64,000 nt of DNA from Nitrospirota bacterium (lineage in GTDB: Bacteria > Nitrospirota > Thermodesulfovibrionia > Thermodesulfovibrionales > JdFR-88). Below, one piece after another: positions 1 through 9,460 of the stretch. Positions within the stretch are counted from its first letter, which is position 1. Each line of letters starts with the position of its first letter. The position numbers and the translations under genes are program-made. The stretch covers positions 8,512-72,511 of the forward strand of contig JAKAHV010000005.1 in the NCBI GenBank assembly GCA_021825295.1, written 5' to 3'. The notes beneath the pieces are model-generated. The model made no database searches and was not told the origin of the DNA. It saw only the letters and a list, made by a program, of their open reading frames with translations.

Positions 1-278
1 CCCCTTTTCTTCAGCCGGTCCACATAGGCCCGGAATTTTTCATCCTCGCGGATCATCCGGTAGACATTGGTCCCCTCGATGGTCCAGGAGTACCGCCCTT
101 GGGCGTCCCTTTTAAGCTGCATTTTCATGGGCTTTTCAGGGATGATGCCGCTTATGGCCGGGTTCTTCCTGAACTGCGTCTGGAGGCCCCATGCGGCCTC
201 CGAAACGGGAAAAAGAGAGAGAGCAAGAAGCAATAATGTTCCAAAAAAAACTTTTCCTGTCTTACCCGGTCTGTCCAT
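1..278 (-). CDS. hypothetical exported protein, N-terminal part only (gene runs off the left edge)
   Basis: My own reverse-strand translation from ATG at 278-276 gives MDRPGKTGKVFFGTLLLLALSLFPVSEAAWGLQ... with a signal-peptide-like hydrophobic N-terminus. A GGAGGGG Shine-Dalgarno lies about 10 nt upstream. The frame stays open to position 1. It is absent from the ORF track because it is truncated. Confidence 0.35.
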   Translation of the reverse strand, partial: MDRPGKTGKVFFGTLLLLALSLFPVSEAAWGLQTQFRKNPAISGIIPEKPMKMQLKRDAQGRYSWTIEGTNVYRMIREDEKFRAYVDRLKKR

Positions 279-313
279 TTGCGAAACCCCTCCGGAAAAA
301 TTTTAGATGATTT

Positions 314-2035
314 TTAAAAGCTCCTGTATCTGTTTGTTATCGGGAACCTCCGGTCGCGTCCAAAGGCGCGGGGGGTGATCTTTATCCCCGGCGGGGCCTG
401 CCGCCTCTTGTATTCGCTCCCGTCTATCATCGAAATGATCCTTTTTGCCGTTTCGGCATCGCAGAGGTCCAATATCTCCTCATAGCTCATATCGCTTTCG
501 ACATAGGCTTTCAGCACGGGGTCCAGTACGGGATAGGGCGGAAGGGAATCCGTGTCCTTCTGGCCGGCCTTCAGCTCGGCCGAGGGCTCCCTGGCTATTA
601 TGCGTTGGGGAATAACAGGGCCGCCCCTCTGTCTGTTCCTCCAAGCCGCAAGACAATAAACTAGTGTCTTCGGGACGTCCTTGATCAGGGCGAACCCCCC
701 GGCCATGTCTCCGTACAGGGTGGCGTAACCCACGCTCATCTCGGATTTGTTGCCGGTGGTGACCACGAGCCAGCCGAATTTGTTTGATAATGCCATGAGG
801 AGGTTTCCCCTGATCCTGGCCTGTATGTTCTCTTCGGTCGTATCGGCCGGGGCGCCCCTGAAGGGCCGGGAGAGCGTGGCCAGATAGCTTTTAAAAATGG
901 GCTCGATGGATATCTCCCGCATATTTATTCCCAGCTTTTCCGCCAGGGCGCGTGCGTCCTGGCGGGATTCAGGCGAGGTGTAGCGTGAGGGCATGAAAAG
1001 GGCGTGCACACGGTCCCTGCCCAGGCTGTCGGCCGAGACGGCCGCGACAAGGGCCGAGTCCACCCCGCCGCTGAGGCCCACGATGACGCCTTTGAAACCG
1101 TTCTTCCTCACGTAGTCCGCAAGGCCCAGTTTGAGGGCCTTGTAAACCTCCTCCTCCATTTTCAGCGGGGGCGCAAGCGGGGCCGGGGCCATCCTGCGCG
1201 GCGCCGCGGCGGGCTGTGGAAGGGGGATTCTTGTTACCTGCTGGCCCGCGGCTATCTTCTCCTGTCTTCTGCGCGGGTCGTGAAGCCTCCACATGAAGAC
1301 GGACTCCAGGTCCAGGTCAACCAGCAGGAGCTGCTCTTCAAAGAGTCTTGCCCTTGCCACAAGGTTTCCCCTCTCGTCAAAGACCATGCTGCCGCCGTCG
1401 AATACAAGCTCGTCCTGGCCGCTCGCCATGTTCAGGTAAAGGACGATGGCGGCGCAGTCGGAGGCCCTGGTTGCGAGCATCTTTTCCCTGAAGGCGTTTT
1501 TCCCGATGGTGTAGGGGGAGCCGTTTATGTTTATGATGAACTCGGCGCCGCCCAGCGCCTGCGTCCTTGCCGGCCCCGTTGGATACCAGATGTCCTCGCA
1601 TATCGTGACACCGAAGCTTGCATCCCCAATCTCGTAGACGGGGCACCGGGTGCCTGCCTGGAAATAGCGCAGCTCGTCGAAGACCCCGTAGTTTGGCAGG
1701 AACATCTTGTGATATATGTCTATTACCTTCCCGTCCCCGATCACCGCGGCGGAGTTGTATATGTCCTGGGCCCTGCCCACAAAGCCCACGACCCCCACGA
1801 TTCCCTGGGCATGACGGCTCACCGCCTCCAGCGCGGCGATGTTGTCCTCTATGAATTCCGGCTTTAACAGCAGGTCCTCAGGCGGGTAACCGGTCAGGGC
1901 AAGCTCAGGAAAGGCAACGATCGCGGCCCCCCGGGCCGCGGCCTTCTCCATGTAATCGATGATCTTGTCCGCATTGCCCGATAAGTCGCCCACTGTGGGG
2001 TTCATCTGGGCGAGGGCAACCCTCAAAGTTTTCAT
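314..2035 (-). CDS. nadE: glutamine-dependent NAD+ synthetase (CN-hydrolase domain fused to NAD synthetase domain)
   Basis: 573 aa. The N-terminus MKTLRVALAQMNPTVGDL...FPELALTGYPPEDL is a nitrilase/CN-hydrolase fold. The C-terminal half has the SGGVDSA PP-loop motif (GLSGGVDSALVAAV). Confidence 0.9.
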   Translation of the reverse strand: MKTLRVALAQMNPTVGDLSGNADKIIDYMEKAAARGAAIVAFPELALTGYPPEDLLLKPEFIEDNIAALEAVSRHAQGIVGVVGFVGRAQDIYNSAAVIGDGKVIDIYHKMFLPNYGVFDELRYFQAGTRCPVYEIGDASFGVTICEDIWYPTGPARTQALGGAEFIININGSPYTIGKNAFREKMLATRASDCAAIVLYLNMASGQDELVFDGGSMVFDERGNLVARARLFEEQLLLVDLDLESVFMWRLHDPRRRQEKIAAGQQVTRIPLPQPAAAPRRMAPAPLAPPLKMEEEVYKALKLGLADYVRKNGFKGVIVGLSGGVDSALVAAVSADSLGRDRVHALFMPSRYTSPESRQDARALAEKLGINMREISIEPIFKSYLATLSRPFRGAPADTTEENIQARIRGNLLMALSNKFGWLVVTTGNKSEMSVGYATLYGDMAGGFALIKDVPKTLVYCLAAWRNRQRGGPVIPQRIIAREPSAELKAGQKDTDSLPPYPVLDPVLKAYVESDMSYEEILDLCDAETAKRIISMIDGSEYKRRQAPPGIKITPRAFGRDRRFPITNRYRSF

Positions 2036-2166
2036 GGCTCACTAAATCTTAACGAAAGCCCTTGTTTATGTAAAGATTTTACCTATACGGGCATTCCGGA
2101 GGCCAAGTGATGACAGAGACAGTGAATGCTTGGGAAAACAGGCAGCGTGTTTTTTCGTTTCTGTTT

Positions 2167-2418
2167 TTAGCCGCAGGTGCTACAGCTTCTGCCCTTCATC
2201 CTGAGTGTCCAGCCTCTTTCGCCTCTCTCCAGATCGACTATGCAGCCGGACATCTTCATGAAGGCCCGGAGCCTTCGCGCCTCGCTCTCGGAGTCGGTGA
2301 TCACGTCAACGAGCGTGCCTTCGTTGCAGAGCCCCAGCGCCTCGCGCACCTTCCGGCATGGCTCCTTGTCTCTGAGCCCGCTGACGTCTATTACCAGCCT
2401 CTCTTCGTTCGATATCAT
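2167..2418 (-). CDS. small TusA/SirA-like fold protein (atypical)
   Basis: 83 aa. IDVSGLRDKEPCRKVREAL...LVDVITDSESEARRLRAFMKMSG resembles the TusA alpha-beta sandwich, but the canonical CPxP cysteine position is shifted. The C-terminus is CSTCG. Confidence 0.5.
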   Translation of the reverse strand: MISNEERLVIDVSGLRDKEPCRKVREALGLCNEGTLVDVITDSESEARRLRAFMKMSGCIVDLERGERGWTLRMKGRSCSTCG

Positions 2419-2487
2419 CAGGATCCCTCATCCTCTCGAAAATGACAGCGCTTTTGTTCTAATCTTAACACCGAAGCGAAAAAAATG

Positions 2488-3390
2488 CTAAGGAAGGAGT
2501 GTCCGGTCCGCCGTTTTTTTCAGGTGCTCGACGAAGAGCTGTGAAATCAGGGGCATGGTCATTTTTTTGTGGGTAACGATATAGAACCGCTGTTGCATCC
2601 GAAACCCCTTTATCTTCACCTCTTTGAGGGCCCCTTTTTCAAGCTCCTCCGACACGCAGACGCGCGGCAGCACCCCGGCCCCCAGGCCCGCCTTCATCGC
2701 CTCGATCAGGGAGTGGTTTGAGCTGAAGGACGCAACCACGCGCAGTCTGCCCGGCGGTATCCCCTTGCCCTGGAGATAACCCTCTATCGTCTTTCTGGTG
2801 CAGGAGCCCTCCTCCCTCAGGACGAGCGGGACTTTGACAAGCTCGCCGGGGCTTATGGAATTTTCCGGCATTACGGCGCCGGAGCAGGCGAGTATCAGCT
2901 CCTCCTCGGCCAGCGGCGTATAGTTCAGGGATTTGCGTTTCGTCCCCGCTCCGACCACGCCCAGGGACAATTCGTGCTCCATGATCATGTTGATTATCGT
3001 CCTCGACTGCCCGATCGCCAGTTTGAAAAAAACGCCGGGATAGAGCGCATTAAAGCTGGCGGCCGCCCGCGGGACAAGATAAGTGCCCGGGGTGTCGCTG
3101 GCTCCAAGCAGAAGCTCACCGCCCGGCACCGCTTTGCGCTGTCTTATATCCGATTTTATGGCTTCCAGCTTCTCAATGATCTCGATGGCCCTCGGGTAAA
3201 GCACATTGGCCTCTCTTGTGGGCTCGATGCTTCTGCCCAGACGGTCAAACAGTCTGGAGTCCAGGGTCTCCTCCAGGGTCTTGACGTGGTCGCTTATGGT
3301 GGGCTGGCTCAAAAGGAGGTCCTGCGAGGCCTTCGAGAAGCTCCGGTTTTTGTAAACCGAACAAAAGACCTTAAGCTGGTGAATGTCCAT
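2488..3390 (-). CDS. LysR-family transcriptional regulator
   Basis: MDIHQLKVFCSVYKNRSFSKASQDLLLSQPTISDHVKTLEE is a classic LTTR wHTH followed by a substrate-binding domain. I prefer the internal ATG at 3390 over the track start at 3444, because the extra 18 codons lie over a repeat motif. Confidence 0.85.
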   Translation of the reverse strand: MDIHQLKVFCSVYKNRSFSKASQDLLLSQPTISDHVKTLEETLDSRLFDRLGRSIEPTREANVLYPRAIEIIEKLEAIKSDIRQRKAVPGGELLLGASDTPGTYLVPRAAASFNALYPGVFFKLAIGQSRTIINMIMEHELSLGVVGAGTKRKSLNYTPLAEEELILACSGAVMPENSISPGELVKVPLVLREEGSCTRKTIEGYLQGKGIPPGRLRVVASFSSNHSLIEAMKAGLGAGVLPRVCVSEELEKGALKEVKIKGFRMQQRFYIVTHKKMTMPLISQLFVEHLKKTADRTLLP

Positions 3391-3517
3391 CAGCCCCCCC
3401 TTCCCGAATCCGGAACCTATCTCAAAATCGCTGCAACTTAACAACCCAAGGTTGCATAGGTAAAGAAGTATACAACCTTAAGGAGTTTATTGCAACCCTG
3501 GCGGGAATTTTTGGAGT

Positions 3518-4816
3518 TTATTTCCCCCGCTGCCGTCCGCGGGGGGATTGAAGGCGTGAAAACACCTCTTTCAGCGGCAGCCCGGTCTTCCTGGCCGCCT
3601 TAAGGCAGTCTTCGTATTCGGGGACCTCCCGGCGTACGCCTTTTCGGCCGGAAGGGGATATCTTGAACCTGACAGGGCCAAAGGCTGTCTGATATGTTTC
3701 GATCCTGCGGGGGAGGGTGCTCCTGCCCGCCCGGTAGAACCTGACGCCAAGCGTTGTTGTCTCGGAAAAGATTATCTCTTGCATACGCGCGGCGTCCCCG
3801 GGGTTGCAGAGCATGGTAATTTTAATCGCGGGCCGGCCTTTTTTCATGATTATCTGGGTGAGGAAGACGTCGAGCGCGCCGGCCTCGAAGAGCCGCTCCA
3901 TCAGGAGGCCGTATATCTGGGGGTTCATGTCGTCGATGTTGGTCTCGATTACCGTCACATCGCCGTCATTTTCAGGGTTTTCGCTTTCGCTTTCACTTTT
4001 CCCGTTGTCCCCGGCCCCGGCCAGCGGCTCTCCTATGAAGGCCCGAAGCACGTTCGGGAAATCCTTGAAATCCATCCTGCCCGCGCCAAAACCGGTTTTC
4101 TCCAGTCTCATGCAAGGCATTTGGGAAAAGCCTTTTGCGAGGCCCTTGAGCAGGGCGGCACCGGTTGGGGTCGTAAGCTCGAACGGCGGCGCGCCGCCGT
4201 AGACCGGCAGGCCTTCAAGAAGAAGGGCCGTGGCCGGCGCCGGGACCGGGAGCCTTCCGTGGTGCGTGCCGGCAGTGCCGCCGCCCAGGTTTACCGGGGA
4301 TGAGCGGACTTCCTCCACGCCCAGCAGTTTCAGGCAGACAAGCGAGCCGAAGACGTCGATAACCGTGTCCGCGCTGCCAAGTTCGTGGAGGTGGACCTCT
4401 CCGGCCCCCTTAAGTCCGTGGATTTTCGCCTCCGCATCGAACAGGCTTTTGATAATGTCCAGCCCTTTCCGCCGGATGTCATCGGGCAGGGCGCTCTCCC
4501 TCACAATCCGCTTCATTTCATTCCACCCGAGCGGACGCGCGCCCGCGTGCTCCTTCACATCGAATTTGGTCGCGGCAAAAGAGCCCATCCGGAGGACTTT
4601 TCCGGCGCTTATTCGTACGTTTTTAAGCGGGATTTTGCCAAGAAGCTCCGATTTCAGACGCGCCAGCGGCGCTCCGGCCGAGATGAGCGCCCCGATGAAC
4701 ATATCGCCGCTTATGCCGGAGGAGCAGTCCAGCCACAGTATCCTTCTGTTAACGGGTGCGGGTTTTTCATTCCTGAAGGAGGGTTTTTTCTCCCAGGCGG
4801 GTTTTTTTTCCATCAC
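3518..4816 (-). CDS. larC: nickel-pincer cofactor biosynthesis protein LarC (DUF111 family)
   Basis: ILWLDCSSGISGDMFIGALISAG is the LarC N-terminal signature. 432 aa. Its start overlaps the birA stop (ATGA). Confidence 0.85.
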   Translation of the reverse strand: MMEKKPAWEKKPSFRNEKPAPVNRRILWLDCSSGISGDMFIGALISAGAPLARLKSELLGKIPLKNVRISAGKVLRMGSFAATKFDVKEHAGARPLGWNEMKRIVRESALPDDIRRKGLDIIKSLFDAEAKIHGLKGAGEVHLHELGSADTVIDVFGSLVCLKLLGVEEVRSSPVNLGGGTAGTHHGRLPVPAPATALLLEGLPVYGGAPPFELTTPTGAALLKGLAKGFSQMPCMRLEKTGFGAGRMDFKDFPNVLRAFIGEPLAGAGDNGKSESESENPENDGDVTVIETNIDDMNPQIYGLLMERLFEAGALDVFLTQIIMKKGRPAIKITMLCNPGDAARMQEIIFSETTTLGVRFYRAGRSTLPRRIETYQTAFGPVRFKISPSGRKGVRREVPEYEDCLKAARKTGLPLKEVFSRLQSPRGRQRGK

Positions 4817-5859
4817 GGGGCCTCGTCCCTTAAAAATACGGAGTGCACCTCGCCCGTTGAAAAAAGAAGCGTGCCTTCATCGGTTTTCAGGGCGAGCCTG
4901 CCGTCATCGTCTATGCCGGTTGCCGTCCCAGTGAAGGATTTCCCCTCTGTCTGTATCCTTATCTTCCTGCCTATCGTGTCGCACAGGCTGCGATAGGCCC
5001 TCAGAAGGTGGGCCTCGCCTCTGGCCCCCCTTCTGAGCATGCCGGCCCAGTAGTCAAGCTCCTTGTACACAGCGGCTGCGAGGGCTGCCCTGTTGACCCG
5101 CCTGCCGGTCTCGGCGAGTATAGAGGACGCCGGGTTTTTCATGCCCTTTGGAAGCTCCGATTTCTTCAGGTTGGCGTTTATCCCGATGCCGGCCACGGCG
5201 AAGAGCACCCTGTCCGGGTCCGAGCGGAATTCAAGGAGTATGCCGCCCAGCTTCCTTACTTTGCCGTCGGCGTTTTTGCCGGCGGGAGCTAGCAGGTCGT
5301 TTGGCCATTTCAGGCGGACTTCAAGGCCGGCCTGTCCTTTTATCGCAAGGGCCGAGGCCAGGCCGGCCGCGAGGGCCAGCAGCGGCGACTTCCTGGGAGG
5401 GATTTCCGGCCAGAGCACCACGCTCATATAGATGTTCACTCCGGGCGGGGAGAGCCAGCACCGCCCAAGCCTGCCCCTGCCGGCGGTCTGGGAATCGGCA
5501 ACCACAAGCGCGGAAAGGGGTGGCCGGGCCGCCGTCTGGCCGGGGGCGGACATTCCTTTAAAGGCCATTTCAAGCGCGAGGTCGTTTGTGGAGGACGTAT
5601 TCTCCCTGTATACGATTTTGGTTCCAGGCAGATAATATGCCAGCTCAAGGGCCGAGAGTTCCGGGCCGCCAAGCAGTCTGTAGCCGTTTTTCGATGCGCG
5701 GATCTGATAGCCGCCGGCGCGGAGGCGTTTGATCTTTTTCCAGATGGCGGCCCTTGTCACGCCAAGCGCCCTGGAGAGCTCGGGACCCGGGATTTCGCCT
5801 TCCCCCCGCGGCCCGCCGGAGGGATGATCCTTGAGGAGCTTCAAGATTCTTTCCGGCAA
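4813..5859 (-). CDS. birA: bifunctional biotin-protein ligase / biotin operon repressor BirA
   Basis: HTH region ELSRALGVTRAAIWKKIKRLRAGGYQI, followed by the ligase core GRGRLGRCW and KWPNDLL. The first ~96 codons of the track ORF (to 6156) overlap the upstream MBL gene. The likely true start is the TTG at 5859, just after that gene's stop. Confidence 0.8.
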   Translation of the reverse strand: MPERILKLLKDHPSGGPRGEGEIPGPELSRALGVTRAAIWKKIKRLRAGGYQIRASKNGYRLLGGPELSALELAYYLPGTKIVYRENTSSTNDLALEMAFKGMSAPGQTAARPPLSALVVADSQTAGRGRLGRCWLSPPGVNIYMSVVLWPEIPPRKSPLLALAAGLASALAIKGQAGLEVRLKWPNDLLAPAGKNADGKVRKLGGILLEFRSDPDRVLFAVAGIGINANLKKSELPKGMKNPASSILAETGRRVNRAALAAAVYKELDYWAGMLRRGARGEAHLLRAYRSLCDTIGRKIRIQTEGKSFTGTATGIDDDGRLALKTDEGTLLFSTGEVHSVFLRDEAP

Positions 5860-5867
5860 GAGAAAAA

Positions 5868-6509
5868 CTATTCCTCCCGGTCCAGTATTATGACGCTTAC
5901 TTTTCCTTCGAGGAGGTTTTTGAACCGGACGGCGTCCTCCCTGTCGCCGACGATGGAGCCGTAATGCATGGGTATGGCGATCCCCGGATTCATGTCCAGG
6001 GCGGCCCGGGCCGCCTCTTCGGCCGTCATCACATAAGTCCCTGAAACCGGCAGCAGGGCGATATCGGCCTTGAATCCCCTCATCTCGGGGATATAATCGG
6101 TGTCTCCCGCGATGTAAATCCTTTTCCCCTCGATGCTGAAGATGTAGCCCACCCACTGGTTTTCCCGCGGATGGAACTTCTTGTTGGTGTTATATGCGGG
6201 CACTGCTTCGATGCCGACCCCCGCCAGCTCCATCCTGTCTCCGGGTTTTACCGCCATTGTTTTCATCTTTTCCCGGAACTTGTCCGCGCAGCCGGCCGGA
6301 CAGATGACGACAGTCCCGTCCTTGGCTATTTTCCCGACGTCTTCCGGGCTGCAGTGGTCGTAGTGCTCGTGTGTGATGAGTATCAGGTCCGCCTTTTTGT
6401 CCTGGCCGGTTTTTCCGATCCTGAAGGGGTCTGTGTACAGGATTTTCCCCCCGCTTTGAATCCTGAATGTATCATGTCCAAGCCAGTGGATGTCCTTGAT
6501 CATTTCCAT
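5868..6509 (-). CDS. metallo-beta-lactamase-fold metal-dependent hydrolase
   Basis: 213 aa with the HxHxDH motif (ILITHEHYDHC). Confidence 0.8.
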   Translation of the reverse strand: MEMIKDIHWLGHDTFRIQSGGKILYTDPFRIGKTGQDKKADLILITHEHYDHCSPEDVGKIAKDGTVVICPAGCADKFREKMKTMAVKPGDRMELAGVGIEAVPAYNTNKKFHPRENQWVGYIFSIEGKRIYIAGDTDYIPEMRGFKADIALLPVSGTYVMTAEEAARAALDMNPGIAIPMHYGSIVGDREDAVRFKNLLEGKVSVIILDREE

Positions 6510-6555
6510 GCCGGTTTCTCCAGGGGCAGCGGCCCGCTATTTTCATCACATTATA

Positions 6556-7413
6556 TCAGAATTTCAATCCCATATAGCGAAGCGGGTTTTCCCTGCCCCA
6601 AAGCCCCGGCAGCCTTTCGTCCAGCCGCGGGAAGATTGTCCTTAGCGTCTGCGCGCATTCCGAAACGCTCTTTCCGCCCCCGGCCAGGATGCCGTTTTCG
6701 AAGACGGGCTCGCCGGCCCCGCCCCTCACGGAATCCGAGACCATGATTATCCTCTCCGGGTCCTTGATTTTAATGACAAGCTCAAGCGCCTCCGGCCCAA
6801 GATGGAAGCCGTCCGCGATGACCTCCACATATATGTCCTCATCCAGCAGGGCAAATCCCGCAAGCCCCGGCTCCCTGTGATGGAAGGGCCTCATAGCGTT
6901 AAACAGGTGGGTAACGCCCGTGGCCCCGGCACGTTTGCCTTCGCGCGCGGCGCTGATGGTGGCGTCCGAGTGTCCCATGTTCACCCTGATGCCGAGCTCC
7001 GAGCATCTTTCCATCACCTTAAGGGCGCCCGGCATCTCCGGCGCGATGGTGATTATCTTTATGACGTCCTCGAACCCGCTTATAAGCCCCCTGAGATTTT
7101 CAAGCGACGGGCTTTGGAAATTCCCGCCCCCAAGCGCGCCGCACCTGGCGGGGTTCAGGAAAGGCCCCTCCAGGTTTATGCCGCCTATGATTTTTCCAGT
7201 CTCCCCGCCAGTCAGCATCGCCTCTTTTACCGCGGACATCTGCGCGCGCATGGCGGCGGTATCCGCGGGATATATGGTTGGATATATGAGCGCCGTGCCT
7301 TTTCCCCTGTGGGCGGCGGCCATCCTGAGGACCGTCCCGGGGTCTGCGGCCCTTGTGTCGCAAGGGCCCAGGCCATGCGTATGCAGATCGACAAAGAGGC
7401 CTTCCGGGACCAT
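6556..7413 (-). CDS. amidohydrolase, N-acetylglucosamine-6-phosphate deacetylase (NagA)-like core without the N-terminal beta-sandwich
   Basis: FVDLHTHG, NLEGPFLNP, GHSDAT and THLFNAM follow the NagA metal and active-site motif order. At 285 aa it is short for NagA. Confidence 0.6.
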   Translation of the reverse strand: MVPEGLFVDLHTHGLGPCDTRAADPGTVLRMAAAHRGKGTALIYPTIYPADTAAMRAQMSAVKEAMLTGGETGKIIGGINLEGPFLNPARCGALGGGNFQSPSLENLRGLISGFEDVIKIITIAPEMPGALKVMERCSELGIRVNMGHSDATISAAREGKRAGATGVTHLFNAMRPFHHREPGLAGFALLDEDIYVEVIADGFHLGPEALELVIKIKDPERIIMVSDSVRGGAGEPVFENGILAGGGKSVSECAQTLRTIFPRLDERLPGLWGRENPLRYMGLKF

Positions 7414-7420
7414 TTGGGAT

Positions 7421-7897
7421 TTACCTGTAGAGGGGATTATTTTCTATCTTCTTCAATTTCGCGGGAGTGAGGGCCGCCTGCAGCCTGAAGCCGGGCTGGG
7501 CGTACACATCCGATCTTTTCATCAGGAGCCAGTCGTTTGGAGACTTTCCCTTTTTGAATCTTGCAAGCACGAAGCCGCCTTTGAGCTTTTTGCCCCTCAG
7601 TGTGAATTCGATAATCCCCTCTCCGGGGCTGCCTTTTTCCAGTTCGAAAGCCCCGGTGTCCCAGATTAAGACCGCCCCGGCGCCGTACTGCCCCTCGGGG
7701 ATGACGCCCTCCCAGGAGCCGTATTCGAGGTCATGGTCTTCCACCATGACGGCAAGCCTCTTGTCGGCCGGGTCCATGGAAGGCCCTTTGGGGACGGCCC
7801 AGCTCTTCAGGACTCCCTCCATCTCCAGCCTGAAGTCATAATGAAGGCGTGTCGCGTGGTGCTCATGCACCACGAATACCGCCGTGTTTTTTTTCAT
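7421..7897 (-). CDS. stand-alone DNA ligase D 3'-phosphoesterase (PE) domain protein
   Basis: FVVHEHHATRLHYDFRLE...LKSWAVPKGPS...VEDHDLEY is the LigD PE-domain signature. 158 aa. Confidence 0.8.
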   Translation of the reverse strand: MKKNTAVFVVHEHHATRLHYDFRLEMEGVLKSWAVPKGPSMDPADKRLAVMVEDHDLEYGSWEGVIPEGQYGAGAVLIWDTGAFELEKGSPGEGIIEFTLRGKKLKGGFVLARFKKGKSPNDWLLMKRSDVYAQPGFRLQAALTPAKLKKIENNPLYR

Positions 7898-8048
7898 TTC
7901 ACTTTTTACCGGCCATCTTCGCCTTTAACGGGCTGCTTTCCGGACAAGCCGATATTTAAGTTTACCTTATCCGGGGCTGATTTTGAATCTGAACGGACAA
8001 GCCCATGCGGGGGGATTCGTGAAGATCTCAGAGAGAAATGAAGGGGTT

Positions 8049-9374
8049 TTAGGCCGCGCCTGTGCCCGCGTCAGCCGTCTTGAAGCCGGAGACGGCCTGC
8101 CTCAGCTCCCTGGCTATATCGGTCAGGCTGTCCACATTGGATATCAGGCCGGCCGCGGAATCATCCATCTGCCTGGAGATGGATGAGGAGACCGCCATGT
8201 TGCCGGTAATCTGCGAGGCCACGCTAGACTGCTCTTCCACGGCAGTGGCGATCTCGGTTATCCGGTCGCGCACCCTCTGCGCCCCTTCGACTATGGCCTC
8301 GAGCGATTCTCCGACCTTTCTGATGTTGCCGGTGGCGCCCCGGACCTCGTCCGCGGACATCCTCATCGCGTTTGTGGTTTCGGCGGTGCCGGACTGGAAG
8401 GACTTTATCTTGCCGGCTATAAAGGCTGTTTCCCTTATGGTCTTTTCGGCAAGTTTCCTGACTTCTTCGGCCACTACGGCAAAGCCTTTGCCATACTGGC
8501 TTGCGCGCGCCGCCTCGATTGAGGCGTTCAGGGCAAGCAGGTTTGTCTGGTCCGCTATCTCGGTGATCACGGAGACGACCTGGCTTATCTCCACGGTGTT
8601 TTTGTTGAGGCTTTCTATCTTCTCCTGCAGTTTCCGGGTGGACTCATAAACCCTGCCCGACGCTTCGATTGCCGCGCGCGCCTCCGCCTTGCCCTCCTCG
8701 GCGGTCTTCAGGGCCGAGTGGGCGCTTTCGGAAACCTCGGCAGCCCGTTTTGCTATATCGTTTATGGTCTGGCTCATCTCCTCGCTTGCGGTAGCGGTCT
8801 GTGAGGCCTGCGAGGCCTGATTTTGCGCCCTGCCGGCGGTCTTTGCGGCCTCCTGCTTCAGGTGCCCGACAGTGGCGATCACCCTGTTTGCCGCGTCCGT
8901 AACCTGGTGTATCATCCCGTTGAGTGAAAAGGCCATGTGGCCCACGCTGTCATAGAGCTGTCCGACCTCGTCATCGGCGGCGCCGTCCGTATGCGGCCTC
9001 AGGGTCAGGTCCCCTTCGGAGAGCCTCCGGACCGCCTCGATCATGCCTGTGAGCGAGTTCGTAATGGAGCGGCTGACCGCCTTCATGGCGACGATTATGA
9101 GTATGCCCATCAGGCCGAGAAGGCCGGCCGCGAATGTCATTACGCGAACCGCGCCTCTGAGCATGGCGCTGAGCATCTCCGCCTGCGCGGCCCACGCGCT
9201 CCTGCCGGCCGACGCCGCACTGGTCAGGGATTCGCTGAAACTCTCCGTCTTCTGCACAAGCAGGACGGAAAAAAATGCCATCATGACTACGGCAAGCACG
9301 ACCATTAAAATGGAGAAATTCAGCTTTTTCCTGATGCTCCAGCCAGACATGGAATCAGACCTCCACAACATCAC
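8049..9374 (-). CDS. methyl-accepting chemotaxis protein
   Basis: Two N-terminal hydrophobic segments, a HAMP-like linker, and the conserved MCP signalling hairpin (EIADQTNLLALNASIEAARA...GKGFAVVAEEVRKLAE). Confidence 0.85.
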   Translation of the reverse strand: MMLWRSDSMSGWSIRKKLNFSILMVVLAVVMMAFFSVLLVQKTESFSESLTSAASAGRSAWAAQAEMLSAMLRGAVRVMTFAAGLLGLMGILIIVAMKAVSRSITNSLTGMIEAVRRLSEGDLTLRPHTDGAADDEVGQLYDSVGHMAFSLNGMIHQVTDAANRVIATVGHLKQEAAKTAGRAQNQASQASQTATASEEMSQTINDIAKRAAEVSESAHSALKTAEEGKAEARAAIEASGRVYESTRKLQEKIESLNKNTVEISQVVSVITEIADQTNLLALNASIEAARASQYGKGFAVVAEEVRKLAEKTIRETAFIAGKIKSFQSGTAETTNAMRMSADEVRGATGNIRKVGESLEAIVEGAQRVRDRITEIATAVEEQSSVASQITGNMAVSSSISRQMDDSAAGLISNVDSLTDIARELRQAVSGFKTADAGTGAA

Positions 9375-9460
9375 GCTTTATACTTTTATACGAGATTAAT
9401 TTATTTCTTAACTGCTATTTAATTTATCGTCAGATTCAAAAAAAAGCTATAGGCGCGGGA

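Noticed and set aside
1004-1867. Long antisense or alternative-frame ORFs throughout the window. Examples are 1004-1867, 9824-10837, 13118-13813, 23309-23941, 40920-41894, 43895-44929, 49186-50316, 51769-52944, 59694-60767 and 62560-63426.
   Set aside because: These are typical shadow ORFs of high-GC DNA. Each lies opposite or out of frame to a gene with clear family motifs. Their translations are Arg/Pro/Gly/His-rich low-complexity strings without any recognisable motif.
5860-6156. N-terminal 96-codon extension of the BirA ORF in the track.
   Set aside because: It overlaps the 3' end of the MBL-hydrolase gene and translates to Arg/Gly-rich sequence. BirA homology begins at the HTH just after 5859.
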